A DNA stretch of 64,000 bases from the NCBI GenBank assembly GCA_964016885.1, contig OZ024748.1, positions 14,198,001 through 14,262,000 of the forward strand, in the 5' to 3' direction. This document shows, one piece after another, positions 41,751 through 54,062 of the stretch; within the stretch, counting starts at the first letter, position 1, and the number at the start of each line of letters is the position of its first letter. Origin of the DNA: Eledone cirrhosa (taxonomy: Eukaryota). The translations under genes were made by a program, and so were the position numbers. Under the pieces are notes generated by a model. That model was not told where the DNA came from and ran no database searches. It saw only the letters and a list, made by a program, of their open reading frames with translations.

Positions 41751-42280
41751 CTAATGTGGAAAGAACAGGGTAAACCACACGTTAATGTGGAATTTACCCG
41801 GGTAGTCCACAGGTTAATGAATAAATGACCCTGGTAGACAACACGTTAATGTGGAAATGACCCTGGTAGACAACACGTTAATCTGCAAATGACCCTGGTA
41901 GACAACACGTTAATGTGGAAATGACCCTGGTAGATAACACGTTAATGTGGAAATGATCATTTGGTCCACACGTTAATGTGGAAATGGCCCGAGTAGACCA
42001 CAGACTAATGTGGAAATGACCAGGTAGACAACACGTTAATGTGGAAATGACGAGGTAGACAACACGTTAATGTGGAAATGACGAGGTAGACAACACGTTA
42101 ATGTGGAACTGGCCAGGTAGACAACACGTTAATGTGGAACTGGCCAGGTAGACAACACGTTAATGTGGAACTGGCCATGTAGACAGCACACTAATGTGGA
42201 ACTGACCAGGGTAGACAGCACACTAATGTGAAACTGGCCAGGTAGACCACACGTTAATGTGGAAATGGTCGGGTAGACGA
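41750..42280. repeat. 29-33-bp minisatellite gtagacaacacgttaatgtggaaatgaccag
   Basis: About 17 copies. Confidence 0.93.
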
Positions 42281-43108
42281 TAAAGTGGCATCAGTTCCTG
42301 TTTACAATTGAAGTGAAACGTTATTTCTCGCCTATATGTATGGCTTTGTGCTCGAGAAATCAATATTGTCTATAAAAATCTCCATAAAAACAAAAAGAAA
42401 TTGCTGGTAAAAGAAAAAAAAAGTAATAAAATAGTCTGTTATATAAAGAAATAATAACGGATTCAGTTGAACATAGCCACACGTGTGAACATATGAACGG
42501 TGAGTTGTAAGGTAATTTATCATAGAGAGTGTATTGACTCAGGTCAATGGCTATGTGATAAAAACAGGTGCTTACAACAATGTTTCTAGATAAAACAGAA
42601 TACAACGGAATAACTATTCTCTACGTTTTCTAATGAATTTCAAATTTCATGGATGGTTTAGTTTAGTTATCAGAAACAATGATGCACTTTTTATATATAT
42701 ATATTTTTGCTTTTGTTTCGTTTGTTTTTCTTTTCTTTTTTGTTCTTTCTTTCTTTTAGTTTTATTTCTTCTTCTTCCGTCTTTTGTAACAATAAAGTAT
42801 GTTTCGGCCGAAGTTTACATCAGATCGAAAACAAGATTCGTTGATTTAAACATAAAACATAAAAGATGTTTAAGTATTCAATTACTATCTATATTATATA
42901 TATAAATATATATATACACACCTTTTTTCTGTTATGTTTCATATGTATACAACTTCAGTTACTACTACAACCATTACTACTACTACCAATATTACCACCA
43001 TTACTACCACTAGTACTACCACCATTACTACCACTACTACTACTACTACTACTAACATTACTACCACTACTTCTACTATCATTATTATCACCATTACTAA
43101 TATTAATC

Positions 43109-43420
43109 CAGCCACTATTACTCCTGCCACAATTACTCCTGCCACAATTACTCCTGCCACAATTACTCCTGCCACTATTACTCCTGCCACTATTACTCCT
43201 GCCACTATTACTCCTGCCACTATTACTCCTGCCACAATTACTCCTGCCACAATTACTCCTGCCACAATTACTCCTGCCACAATTACTCCTGCCACAATTA
43301 CTCCTGCCACTATTACTCCTGCCACTATTACTCCTGCCACTATTACTCCTGCCACTATTACTCCTGCCACTATTACTCCTGCCACTATTACTCCTGCCAC
43401 TATTACTCCTGCCACTATTA
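43109..43420. repeat. 15-bp minisatellite gccac(t/a)attactcct
   Basis: About 21 copies inside an (ACT)-rich tract. Confidence 0.95.
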
Positions 43421-43565
43421 CTTCTACCACTGTGACTGCTATTACAACAACAACTACAACTACCACCACCACCGCTACTACTACTACTACTACTACATAC
43501 AGTGATAGAGGTAGAACAGAGCCTTTTCTCGTGAGTCAGAAAGTGTAGATATAACCATTAAATGA

Positions 43566-43715
43566 ATATTGGTTTCTTATATAGGCACAAGGCCAGTGAT
43601 TTTTTGGGGGGGAGGGGAAAGTCGATTAAATGAACCCCAGTGCGTGAGTGGTACTTTATTTTATCGACCCCATGAGGATGAAAGGCAAAGTTAACATCGG
43701 CGGGATTGGAACTCA
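43566..43715 (-). mobile_element. SINE family A, longer subfamily, 5'-truncated
   Basis: 19-bp TSD aaccat(t/g)aaatgaatattg at 43553-43571 and 43715-43733. Confidence 0.87.
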
Positions 43716-44235
43716 ACCATGAAATGAATATTGACGAAGAATTAGTTCACGAAGTTGCCTAATTTAATAGTTTGCTAAGAACATGGACACCGTTCTCTGT
43801 TATTCGTTGAGTTCTTAAGCAAGACGTTTTATTTCACGTCGCTCTCGTCCACAGAGCAGGAAAAAATATTTAATACATGTAATTGAAAGGGACACCTTGT
43901 TACACACAATTATTCTGAATCTGACAATCACATTAAGGGTACACCTGCCTATGAAAATGCTCAGCCACTTACACGTAGATTTTATGAGCAGGTTATTCCG
44001 TTGATCAAACAACTGGAACGCTCGTTGTCGCAGCCGAAAGAAAGAGGTTCAGCACACACACAGGAGATACATACATTACATATCTTTACCCGTCCAGGAA
44101 ATAGATATATAACGTATATTTACCAAAACACAGCCACTCCACTTGCTATTAACTAAAATGTGTGCAATCTAAACAGATGAAAACTTGACTCATTGACTGA
44201 GTGAATCATGACCATAAATCGTTGAAATAATATCA

Positions 44236-44280
<45 letters not shown>

Positions 44281-44283
<3 letters not shown>

Positions 44284-44720
44284 ATAATAATAAATTTGAA
44301 GACTAAAATCCAAAGAGGGCTCGATAAGGAAAGTATATATCAAATATATAAGAACCGTAGAGCAAATATTTATTAAAATAACAGATTAAAATTTAAGAAA
44401 AGAATCGCTGCTTTCACCCTTATCGGGATATTCTGAAACTAAAAAAAAATCAATCTGTGAACGTAGAAGTAAATATTTCGAAAAACGTTGCAACCGAAGG
44501 AAGAGAGGAAGACGATACTTTGGTTCGTGGAGACGTTCCCTGGCAAAGAACGAAAAAAAACAAAACAAAGATAATACGTCATTATTTGGGGCGGTTGCAA
44601 GGTTTTTCGAAATATTTACTTCTGCGTCCACAGATTGATTTTTTTAGTTTCAGAAGATGCCGTTAAGAGTGAAAGCGGCGATTCTTTGCTTAAACTTTAA
44701 TCTGTTATTTTAATAAATAT
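44281..44720. mobile_element. Fold-back element family H5
   Basis: Arms about 44362-44495 and 44590-44720, tail 44281-44362, (TA)n flanks; hammerhead-like CAGAAGA-tgcc..gagt-GAAA at 44651-44674. Confidence 0.8.
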
Positions 44721-45084
44721 ATATATATAAATATACATTTAAAGTATATGATAAACACGAAATGTGTTTACATTGCAACAGACAAAGTTAGCTATTAATG
44801 AAATAAAGTAATAAAAGTGAATACAATTTGTCTGTCTCGATACAAGTCAATAAAGACAAGATAATATTGGCAACGGCCATGATTCCTGGACATATTTAAA
44901 TTTCAAAATTCAAACCTGTTCTGTAGACGAATTTGAACCTCGAAACCCAAATAAGTTTCGCAACGGTGGAATGTGAATTGAAAAATAAAGAGAATCGAAA
45001 TGGAATAGAAATGAAGAGCCCCTTCCTGGAGCTAAATTATTGTAAACGACTGAGAGTTTATTCTCAGAATATAATATAATATAT

Positions 45085-45750
45085 ATAAATATATGTATAT
45101 ATATCTATATCTATATATATCTATATATATCTAAATATATGTATATATATCTATATATATCTATATATGTATATCTATATCTATGTATATATATATCTAT
45201 ATCTATGTATATATATATCTATATCTATATATATGTATATATATATCTATATCTATATATATGTATATATATATCTATATATATGTATATATATATATAT
45301 ATGTATATATATATCTATCTATATGTATATATATATCTATCTATATGCTATATATATATCTATATCTATCTATATGTATATATATATCTATATCTATCTA
45401 TATGTATATATATATCTATATCTATCTATATGTATATATATATCTATATCTATCTATATGTATATATATATCTATATCTATCTATATGTATATATATATC
45501 TATATCTATATATATGTATATATATATCTATATATATGTATATATATATCTATATATATGTATATATATATCTATATATATGTATATATATATCTATATC
45601 TATATATATGTATATATATATATATGTATATATATATCTATATCTATATATATCTATATATATATATATATATCTATATCTATATATATCTATATCTATC
45701 TAAATATATGTATATATATCTATATATATCTATCTATATCTATCTAAATG

Positions 45751-45781
<31 letters not shown>

Positions 45782-45951
45782 CTAAATATATGTATATATA
45801 TCTATATGTATCTAAATATATGTATATATATCTATATGTATCTATATCTATATCTATATATATCTATATGTATATGTATCTATATCTATATCTATATCTA
45901 TATCTATATCTATATGTATATATATATGTATATATATATATATATATATAT
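45085..45951. repeat. (TA)n/(TATC)n/(TATG)n compound array
   Basis: Direct inspection. Confidence 0.95.
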
Positions 45952-46037
45952 ACAAGGTAAACAGAAGTAGCAACACAATCGGTACAGTATATGGACGGAA
46001 TATATTAGGTTTACGCTTGAAATTGCAGGAAGAGGGT

Positions 46038-46072
46038 TTTCACGTTTCGGATGCTAGTCCTTCTTCAGAAGA
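46038..46072 (-). ncRNA. Minimal hammerhead variant (H3)
   Basis: tt CTGAAGA a GGA-ctagca-TCC GAAA CGT GA aa; ACGT palindromic stem III. Confidence 0.55.
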
Positions 46073-46179
46073 AGGAATGAGAAATTTAATAGATTGAAGG
46101 GACGGCGGGGTAGAATTGGAAAAAATGCTTTTAGAGAAAAATAACAGGTCCATTCCTGTTACCGATAACGTTGATAGAA

Positions 46180-46379
46180 NNNNNNNNNNNNNNNNNNNNN
46201 NNNNNNNNNNNNNNNNNNNNNNNNNNNNNNNNNNNNNNNNNNNNNNNNNNNNNNNNNNNNNNNNNNNNNNNNNNNNNNNNNNNNNNNNNNNNNNNNNNNN
46301 NNNNNNNNNNNNNNNNNNNNNNNNNNNNNNNNNNNNNNNNNNNNNNNNNNNNNNNNNNNNNNNNNNNNNNNNNNNNNNN
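46180..46379. other. Assembly gap, 200 N
   Basis: Run of N; flanks overlap by 30 bp. Confidence 0.99.
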
Positions 46380-46600
46380 CCATTCCTGTTGCCGATAACG
46401 TTGATAGAACTCAATGTGTCCTAGGAAGGATGATTGCTGCGAAAATGAGTAGTGTGACAAGTAGATCCTGTGGTAGGTGACCACCGCCTACGCTATCCTC
46501 GACGAAAATCCGACCCCGGGCTACAGAGCCATTTACATACATGCTTTTGAACAATAAACTAACCCTCTACCTACACCTCACTTCTGTTTTTATTCTTCAA

Positions 46601-46712
<112 letters not shown>

Positions 46713-47053
46713 GGCCATACATCGCTCGTATCAGATTCAAGAAACTTACTTGCCAGTCTGCTGATATGCAAATCTGGCTGATAAGGGGATCTGCTAATAA
46801 GCAGATCTGACTGATCAGCCAGTCTGCTAATGTGCAAATCAGACCAATCAGTCACTGTATATTTTAAAAAATATAATCGCATCAGCTCTGACAGTTGGCA
46901 GGTGAACAGTGAACAGTACTGATGAAGGGTAATACACAGAAACATTAATGTCTGCAGTTCGGTTTGGATGCCAATACAAGAGCAAGAATGAGGGGCTCAT
47001 TCTGCTAACATGGCTTTCAAAAGGTGGCTTATTTGCATAAGTGAAAACGAGTC

Positions 47054-47240
47054 GATTGGCAGTATCGGTAGAGAGTCGGACGCCATGCTTTCCAGCATAG
47101 TTACGTCCCTTTACGATCTGAGTTCAAATCCCGCCGAGGTTGACTTTGCCTTTCATCCTTACGGGGTCGATAAAATAAAGTACCAGTAATGCACTGGGTA
47201 TTTGCTGGTCTTGTGCCTAAAGTAGAAACAATTATTATTA
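47054..47240 (+). mobile_element. SINE family A, near full length
   Basis: A-box, B-box, core and (att)n tail. Confidence 0.92.
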
Positions 47241-47274
47241 ATATTCGAAAAACTCAGATTACATTTATCATATA

Positions 47275-47945
47275 CTAGCAGTAAAGCCCGACGTTGCTCG
47301 GGGGTCGCTCAGTAGCTGTGTTAAAGTTACAATGTTAAGTTTCTTTTTTGGCTTAAAGTCTGTCTGCACGACTGTCTGTCTGCACGACTGTCTGTCTGCA
47401 CCCCTAACGAAATTTACAGATACATATATTTTAAATAAACTTATATAATTTTTGCTTTTTTTTACGAAATATTTGCTTGTTTTACGTAGTCTTTAAATAG
47501 ACTTGTTTTCAGGTAAAAATATTGTTTTAAAAGGCTTTTAAATGGAAATGAAGCAAAACGGAAGCTTAGTGTTCGAACTGATGAATTTTGCAGGTCAAAA
47601 TTTTGCTGGCTCGACAACTGTTCGTGTATTGTGTTAATGTCATTTTAAACGCTGAGAAAGCCAGCGTAATTTTTTTAAATTTTGCACGCAGAAAATGTAA
47701 ACGTAAGACGCTCAATGTAAACAGAACAAAGGGAAATAACTCGTCACTTACGCTAAAAAATCGATACATTAGATTCGATTTCGTCACATAGGGTGGGTCA
47801 ATTTGAAATATTTTTTTCCGATGTCTTCGCTAGGGCTCAATGTACAAGTATAGCAATTTCGGTGCAATTCCGTCAGAGATTCTAAGAGGAGATGTGTGCC
47901 AAAAATCGATAGACAGACAGACAACCACAGCTTTATATATATAGA
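47275..47945 (-). mobile_element. Non-autonomous Helitron, copy 1
   Basis: Minus strand 5' A|TCTATATATATAAAG...(TCTG)n; 3' hairpin CCCGAGCAACGTCGGG then CTTTACTG-CTAG|T; no TSD. Confidence 0.88.
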
Positions 47946-47946
47946 T

Positions 47947-48074
47947 TAGTACTAGTTATATTAGATATTAGAATAGTTATATTAGATATTAGTACTAGTT
48001 ATATTAGATATTAGTACTAGTTATATTAGATATTAGAATAGTTATATTAGATATTAGAATAGTTATATTAGATA
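47947..48074. repeat. Six 21-22-bp units between the Helitrons
   Basis: tag(tac/aa)tagttatattagatat x6. Confidence 0.92.
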
Positions 48075-48944
48075 CTAGCAGTAAAGCCCGGCGTTGCTCG
48101 GGGTCGCTCAGTAGCTGTGTTAAAGTTACAATGTTAAGTTTCTTTTTTGGCTTAAAAAATGTAGTGTCTACTGTGCAGACTTGCATGTAGTGTTTTTGAT
48201 TAATATTCCCTCAACCAACAATATGCCTTATGAAGTTAAGAAAACATAACGATAACCCGAATGTTATAACAAAAGAGGATGCTGGGGATAAAAACTGCAC
48301 TGGTTATTTATTAACAAAGATCGAAAATGTAAACACTGCAACGCAGAGAAAAACATTAGCGTAACCAAATTATCAGTTATGTCTGTCTGCACGCCTATAT
48401 CACCTCTCTGCACGACTATCTGTCTGCACGCGTATATCACCTCTCTGCACGACTGTCTGTCTGCACGACTGTGTCTGCACGCCTAACGACGAAATATTTG
48501 CTTGTTTTACGTAGTCTTTAAATAGACTTGTTTTCAAGTAAAAATATTGTTTTAAAATGCTTTTAAATGGAAATGAAGCAAAACGGAAGCTTAGTGTTCG
48601 AACTGATGAATTTTGCAGGTCAATATTTTGCTGGCTCGACAACTGTTCGTGTATTGTGTTAATGTCATTTTAAACGCTGAGAAAGCCAGCGTCATTTTTT
48701 ACGTAAGACGCTCAATGTAAACAGAACAAAGGGAAATAACTGATAACTTACGCTCAAAAATCGATACATTATATTCGATTTCGTCACATAGGGTGGGTCA
48801 ATTTGAAATATTTTTTTCCGATGTCTTCGCTAGGGCTCAATGTACAAGTATAGCAATTTCGGTGCAATTCCGTGAGAGATTCTAAGAGGAGATGTGTGCC
48901 AAATATCGATAGACAGACAGACGACCACAGTTTTATATATAGAG

Positions 48945-48945
<1 letters not shown>
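48075..48945 (-). mobile_element. Non-autonomous Helitron, copy 2 (longer)
   Basis: Same termini; extra internal segment about 48157-48380; internal gtctgcacg minisatellite. Confidence 0.88.
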
Positions 48946-49007
<62 letters not shown>

Positions 49008-49514
49008 CTTATCTGCTTACACATCCCACGTCTGTAGAGTTCTGAGCCAATTGCACGTTATTAACCACCAACTGGTTGTTTCATTGATCACCTGTTGGGA
49101 AACCGTCGGATGTCTGATCACACATCATCACCAGCCAATCAGTATTCATTTTTATGAGGGGGTACATGAAATAATCAACTGATATATTTTTATATTGTGG
49201 CACAATATATTGTGGGAATTACGTATCTATTCTCATTACGTGTACGTACTTAAGTAAATATATAATATGCACCATGGATGAATACTCCTGGCTCTGTATG
49301 TGAGTGTGTATGATTTCTTTGGTACGTGTAAGCAATAACCATTGCTTATGAAGTCAAATTTATTATCAGAACGAAAGTTTTCAATATGAACACTGAACAC
49401 ACACACACACACACACGCACACACACACACACACACTTTATCTATATTGATATGCATATATTTATTTTTATATGTATATATATATATATTTATATGTGTA
49501 TATATATATATATG

Positions 49515-49545
<31 letters not shown>

Positions 49546-50841
49546 ATATGTGTGTGTTTATATATATTTATATCTATATATATATATATATATGTATGTT
49601 TAAATATATTTATATCTATATATATATATATATGTATGTTTAAATATATTTATATCTATATATATATATATATGTATGTTTAAATATATTTATATGTATA
49701 TAAATATATATATGTGTTTATATATATTTATATATATATGTTTATATATATTTATATGTATATATATATTTATATGTATATGTTTATATATATTTATATA
49801 TATATATATAAATATATATGTATATATATGTATATATATGTATATATATATATATATATAAATATATATGTATATATATGTATATATATGTATATATATG
49901 TATATATATGTATATATATTTATGTATATGTATATATATTTATGTATATGTATATATATTTATGTATATGTATATATGTATATATATATAAATGTATATA
50001 TGTATATATACATATTTATGTAAATATTGGTATATATATAGAGAGAGAGAAAGAGACAAAGGGACAGAGCCAGACGGAAAGGCAGGAAGAGAAACAAACA
50101 TACATATATATATATATATATTCCTGGCATACTTTTACAGACGATTTTTATTTCAGTTTATTATGAAACATCACTATTGCTGTGTTAAGGTAATAATTCT
50201 CTCGTCTGTAGGGATAGAAGAAATTCATTTACCAAAACGAAGTTATGATTACATTTACCTCGGCTTTTATACTTATTTTCTGTATTTCATTTGTTTGTCT
50301 CTTTTTTATCTTTTGATTTTTTCCGTTCAAAATGGTGGATCTCGTTATCCCACAATATTCCTTTGTATAACCCAATAACAATTTCCCTTTACCCGGCTAC
50401 ATATTTTTGATATGGAGCAATAAATGTTACTTCCAGCATTGAATATATACATATACATAATGCAAATATATATATATACATACATATATATACACATACA
50501 TATATATATGCACATATATATATATACATATATACACATGCATACACATACATATATATATATATATACATACATATACACATACAAACATATATACACA
50601 GATATATATACACATGCATACACATACATATATATACATACATATACACATACATACATATATACACACATATATATATAGATACATATATACACATACA
50701 TATAGATACATATATATATACATACATATTGATACATATAGAATTATATATATATATATATATATACATAAATGATATATATATATATTTATATCATTTA
50801 AGTTACCTTTAAATATATATATATATCATTTAAGTTACCTT

Positions 50842-50881
<40 letters not shown>

Positions 50882-50882
<1 letters not shown>

Positions 50883-51117
50883 ACGAAGGAAATGTGGTAA
50901 GGAACCAGGTGGACCATAACGCACCAAAGTACTCAATACTTAGGGTAGTAGAGTGGGTAATAGGAACCAGTAGGACCCCGACGGCTGAGCTCAAGCCGTT
51001 TCGACGGCTAATTCTGGACTAAATGAAAAATTTTGGACTATATAAAAATGTTCATTTAGTCCAGAATTAGCCGTCGAAACGGCTTGAGCTCAGCCGTCGG
51101 GGTCCTACTCGTTCCTA
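50882..51117. mobile_element. Fold-back element family H4
   Basis: Arms 50960-51034 and 51044-51117; tail 50882-50960; (TA)n flanks. Confidence 0.87.
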
Positions 51118-51130
51118 TATATATATATAT

Positions 51131-51455
51131 ATTTAAAGGTAACTTAAATTATTTGAATCTCTAACAGTTATGTAAATTGCTATTATGTATTTTTAAGCTT
51201 TTTCACACGCACCTTCTCGATTATACGGAAATGTTTTCATGTCTCAATCTTCAGGTATATAAATATTGAGTTTTGTCATATCTTATTCACTCCCATGACT
51301 GAATCTTAGCCATCTACCACCATGTCATGGTATGTCATGCATCATCTCATTTTATCTGATGAGGACGTACTGTTGAAGTTAGCTCAGTACCTCTGAAATA
51401 TGTATAATAAAATATACTTGATCACACGAATGTCTATTTTTGTTAATATTTTGAA

Positions 51456-51460
<5 letters not shown>
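51131..51460 (+). mobile_element. Family H1 element with long 5' extension
   Basis: 51293-51460 matches 57387-57548; left end tttaaaggtaacttaa resembles an inverted tail tip. Confidence 0.8.
51349..51413 (+). ncRNA. Minimal type-I hammerhead ribozyme (H1)
   Basis: attttat CTGATGA(51356-51362) GGAcGTACTG..CAGTACcTCT GAAA(51395-51398) tatgtATA^ataaaat; predicted cleavage after 51406. Confidence 0.8.
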
Positions 51461-51490
<30 letters not shown>

Positions 51491-51577
51491 AGGGACTTTA
51501 ACGCGAAGTTACTGTTGGTTCACCCAGGTGAGCACTCGATGTTTAATATCGAGGTGTAGAGCTAGACAGAGTGTAAT

Positions 51578-52161
51578 ATAATAATTGTTTCTACTTTAGG
51601 CACAAGGCCAGTACATTACTGGTACTTTATTTTATCTACCCCGTAAGGATGAAAGGCAAAGTCAACCTCGGCGGGATTTGAACTCAGTTCGTTAAGGGAC
51701 GTAACTATCCTGGAAAGCATGGCGTCCGACCCTCTACCGATACTGCCAATCCACCGCCTTTTTTTATATAAAATAATAATTGTTTCTACTTTAGGCACAA
51801 GGCCAGCAATTACCCAGTGCATTACTGGTACTTTATTTTATCGACCCCGTAAGGGTGAAAGGCAAAGTCAACCTCGGCGGGATTTGAACTCAGTTCGTTA
51901 AGGGACGTAACTATCCTGGAAAGCATGGCGTCCGACCCTCTACCGATACTGCCAATCCACCGCCTTTTTTTATATAAAATAATAATTGTTTCTACTTTAG
52001 GCACAAGGCCAGCAATTACCCAGTGCATTACTGGTACTTTATTTTATCGACCCCGTAAGGATGAAAGGCAAAGTCAACCTCGGAGGGATTTGAACTCAGA
52101 TCGTAAAGGGACGTAACTATGCTGGAAAGCATGGCGTCCGACCCTCTACCGATACTGCCAA
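51578..52161 (-). mobile_element. Head-to-tail trimer of SINE family A
   Basis: Copies 51578-51758, 51773-51964, 51979-52161 with identical spacer tttttttatataaa. Confidence 0.93.
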
Positions 52162-53889
52162 AAATAATAATGCAAGGACGAATGGTTATTCCTATATACA
52201 AGGTTACATATATGCATATATATTTGTCCATTACCACACTGTTTTGTAACACTATGTATAGTGTTTAATTATTTTATGTACCACACTTATAAAAGAAAGC
52301 GTCAGTTTTATTACTATTACTTTTATTATTGCTATTAATATTATTATTTTTATTATTTCCATCATCAACATGAACTACAACAGTTCAACAACACCACAGA
52401 ACAACAACAATAACTGCAGCCTCTTACCATACCACGCAATACATAAATCACGTGTTATATCATGGTGTTTAAAACCACGCGAGAATTTGTGTCTTGTCCA
52501 ATTTATTCGAGATCTCGTCTCAGAAATACCAGGTGTCCGCCATTGGCAAAATAGACGCCTTCTCATACTGAAGCCAATAAACTGCCATTGACTGGCGCAT
52601 ATATTTCATTGTGTCTATGTGTACGTGTGTACGTGTGTGTGTGTGTTTAAGCGTGTGTGTATCTCTCAATTAGAATGATTTACTAGTGCGAAATACTTCG
52701 ATAATGCATCTATGTCGCCCATATATACATATATAAACACATCAAATCATACTTTGATGCATATAGGTGTGCTTACATTAATGCACACACGTATACTCAC
52801 ACAGATATAAACTCAACAGAATAGTTAAAGCTTTGAATGAACTCAGCTTTCAATATATTGCTTTTAATATATTGACTGTTTTTTCTCACAATTGTACACC
52901 TATACACATATACATTTACACATATATGTGTATGTGTGAATAGAAAAGGTAAACAGAAATAACAAAACAAACGGCCGAGAGGGTCTGTGTAGAAACAGTA
53001 GGTAGGGAAATTGGTTGTAGCCTGTATAGATTATTCAGTGGTATGGTCGTGAGGGTAGATGCTTAACTTCGCATACGACGATACAGTGATACAACCGTAA
53101 ATGGCTAGGCTGCAAGGTCTGAAGTCATTACGTGCGATCTGTTATTCGTCCCTGGTCTATACTTGTCTTACCTCTGTCGTCTGGGTTCTCGCCTTTTGTC
53201 CTATCTGATTCCTAACAGATACTCTGACAATTCCCCCAGTGGCTGGGTTACATTCTGGGTGTTTGCAGTTACCATCCCTGAAATACCGAAAAACTCGAAT
53301 TTCTTTTGATATCTGCGATATTCATGGATATTTAAGCTTAGAACGGATGGCTGAAAATTAGAAGTTGTTTGCTTGCTCCTTTTTGTATCGACAAATTGAT
53401 TTACAGCATTTATTCTATAATTTCTTATACATACATACATATAGATTTGCTAGGTTTCGGCCAGTGTTTGCCCACACCATGTCCAATGTATAGCACTCCT
53501 TGGCGAAATATTGGCACCAGGAATATATATATATATATATATACTGTTGGCTTCTTGCTCACAATAATTTCTATATTTTCATTTATATATATATATATAT
53601 ATATATATTTATTCATTTCATCTCAATTCTTAACTCAACTTAATATGACGTAACTTAAGGTTTTCGTTCTCTCCCCCCTCTCTCTATCTCTACATATCTC
53701 TCTCTTGAGTTCTTTCTCTGTCTGATGTTTTGATATCTCCGTTATTTTTCCTCTGTTCTCTTTTCTTTTTGCTTTCTTCTTTTTTCTTTATCTATCTTTC
53801 CCTTTCTTTTCTCCACGTTTCTCTCTCTCTCCATCTTTTTACTTACTCTTAACACTATGACTTACTAAAGTAAACAAACCACTATCCGG

Positions 53890-54062
53890 ATGGCCTCCAA
53901 AAACAACAGTCACCTTTTTGAAAGGTACGTCAATATCTATTTGTAAAACTGTTATATATTGTATTTTGTCTGATGAAGGCATACCATGATTTAACTTGGT
54001 ATCCTTGAAATATATATAATGAAATAAATATAGTTTTATAAATATAGTTTCCATTTATTAAT

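Larger units (their letters stand above)
45952..46560 (-). mobile_element. Family H3 PLE-like 3' end spanning the gap
   Basis: 45952-46155 is the reverse complement homolog of 59083-59288; contains minimal hammerhead. Extent right of the gap is inferred from the gap-flank overlap. Confidence 0.65.

Noticed and set aside
42934-43548. Mucin-like Thr-rich ORF with PATIT repeats
   Set aside because: 15-bp minisatellite within an (ACT)n tract, open in multiple frames, no signal peptide or synonymous variation pattern; cannot be fully excluded as an exon.
47085-47140. tRNA gene (A/B boxes)
   Set aside because: SINE head; no cloverleaf acceptor stem, and it continues into SINE body.
47575-47610. 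CTGATGA plus hairpin inside the Helitron as hammerhead
   Set aside because: No GAAA after stem II; hairpin is disrupted in copy 2.
51060-51095. H4 as an intact hammerhead (GCCGTC-GAAA-CGGC-TT-GAGCTC)
   Set aside because: No CUGANGA in any H4 copy in the window; it may be truncated away, so not called.
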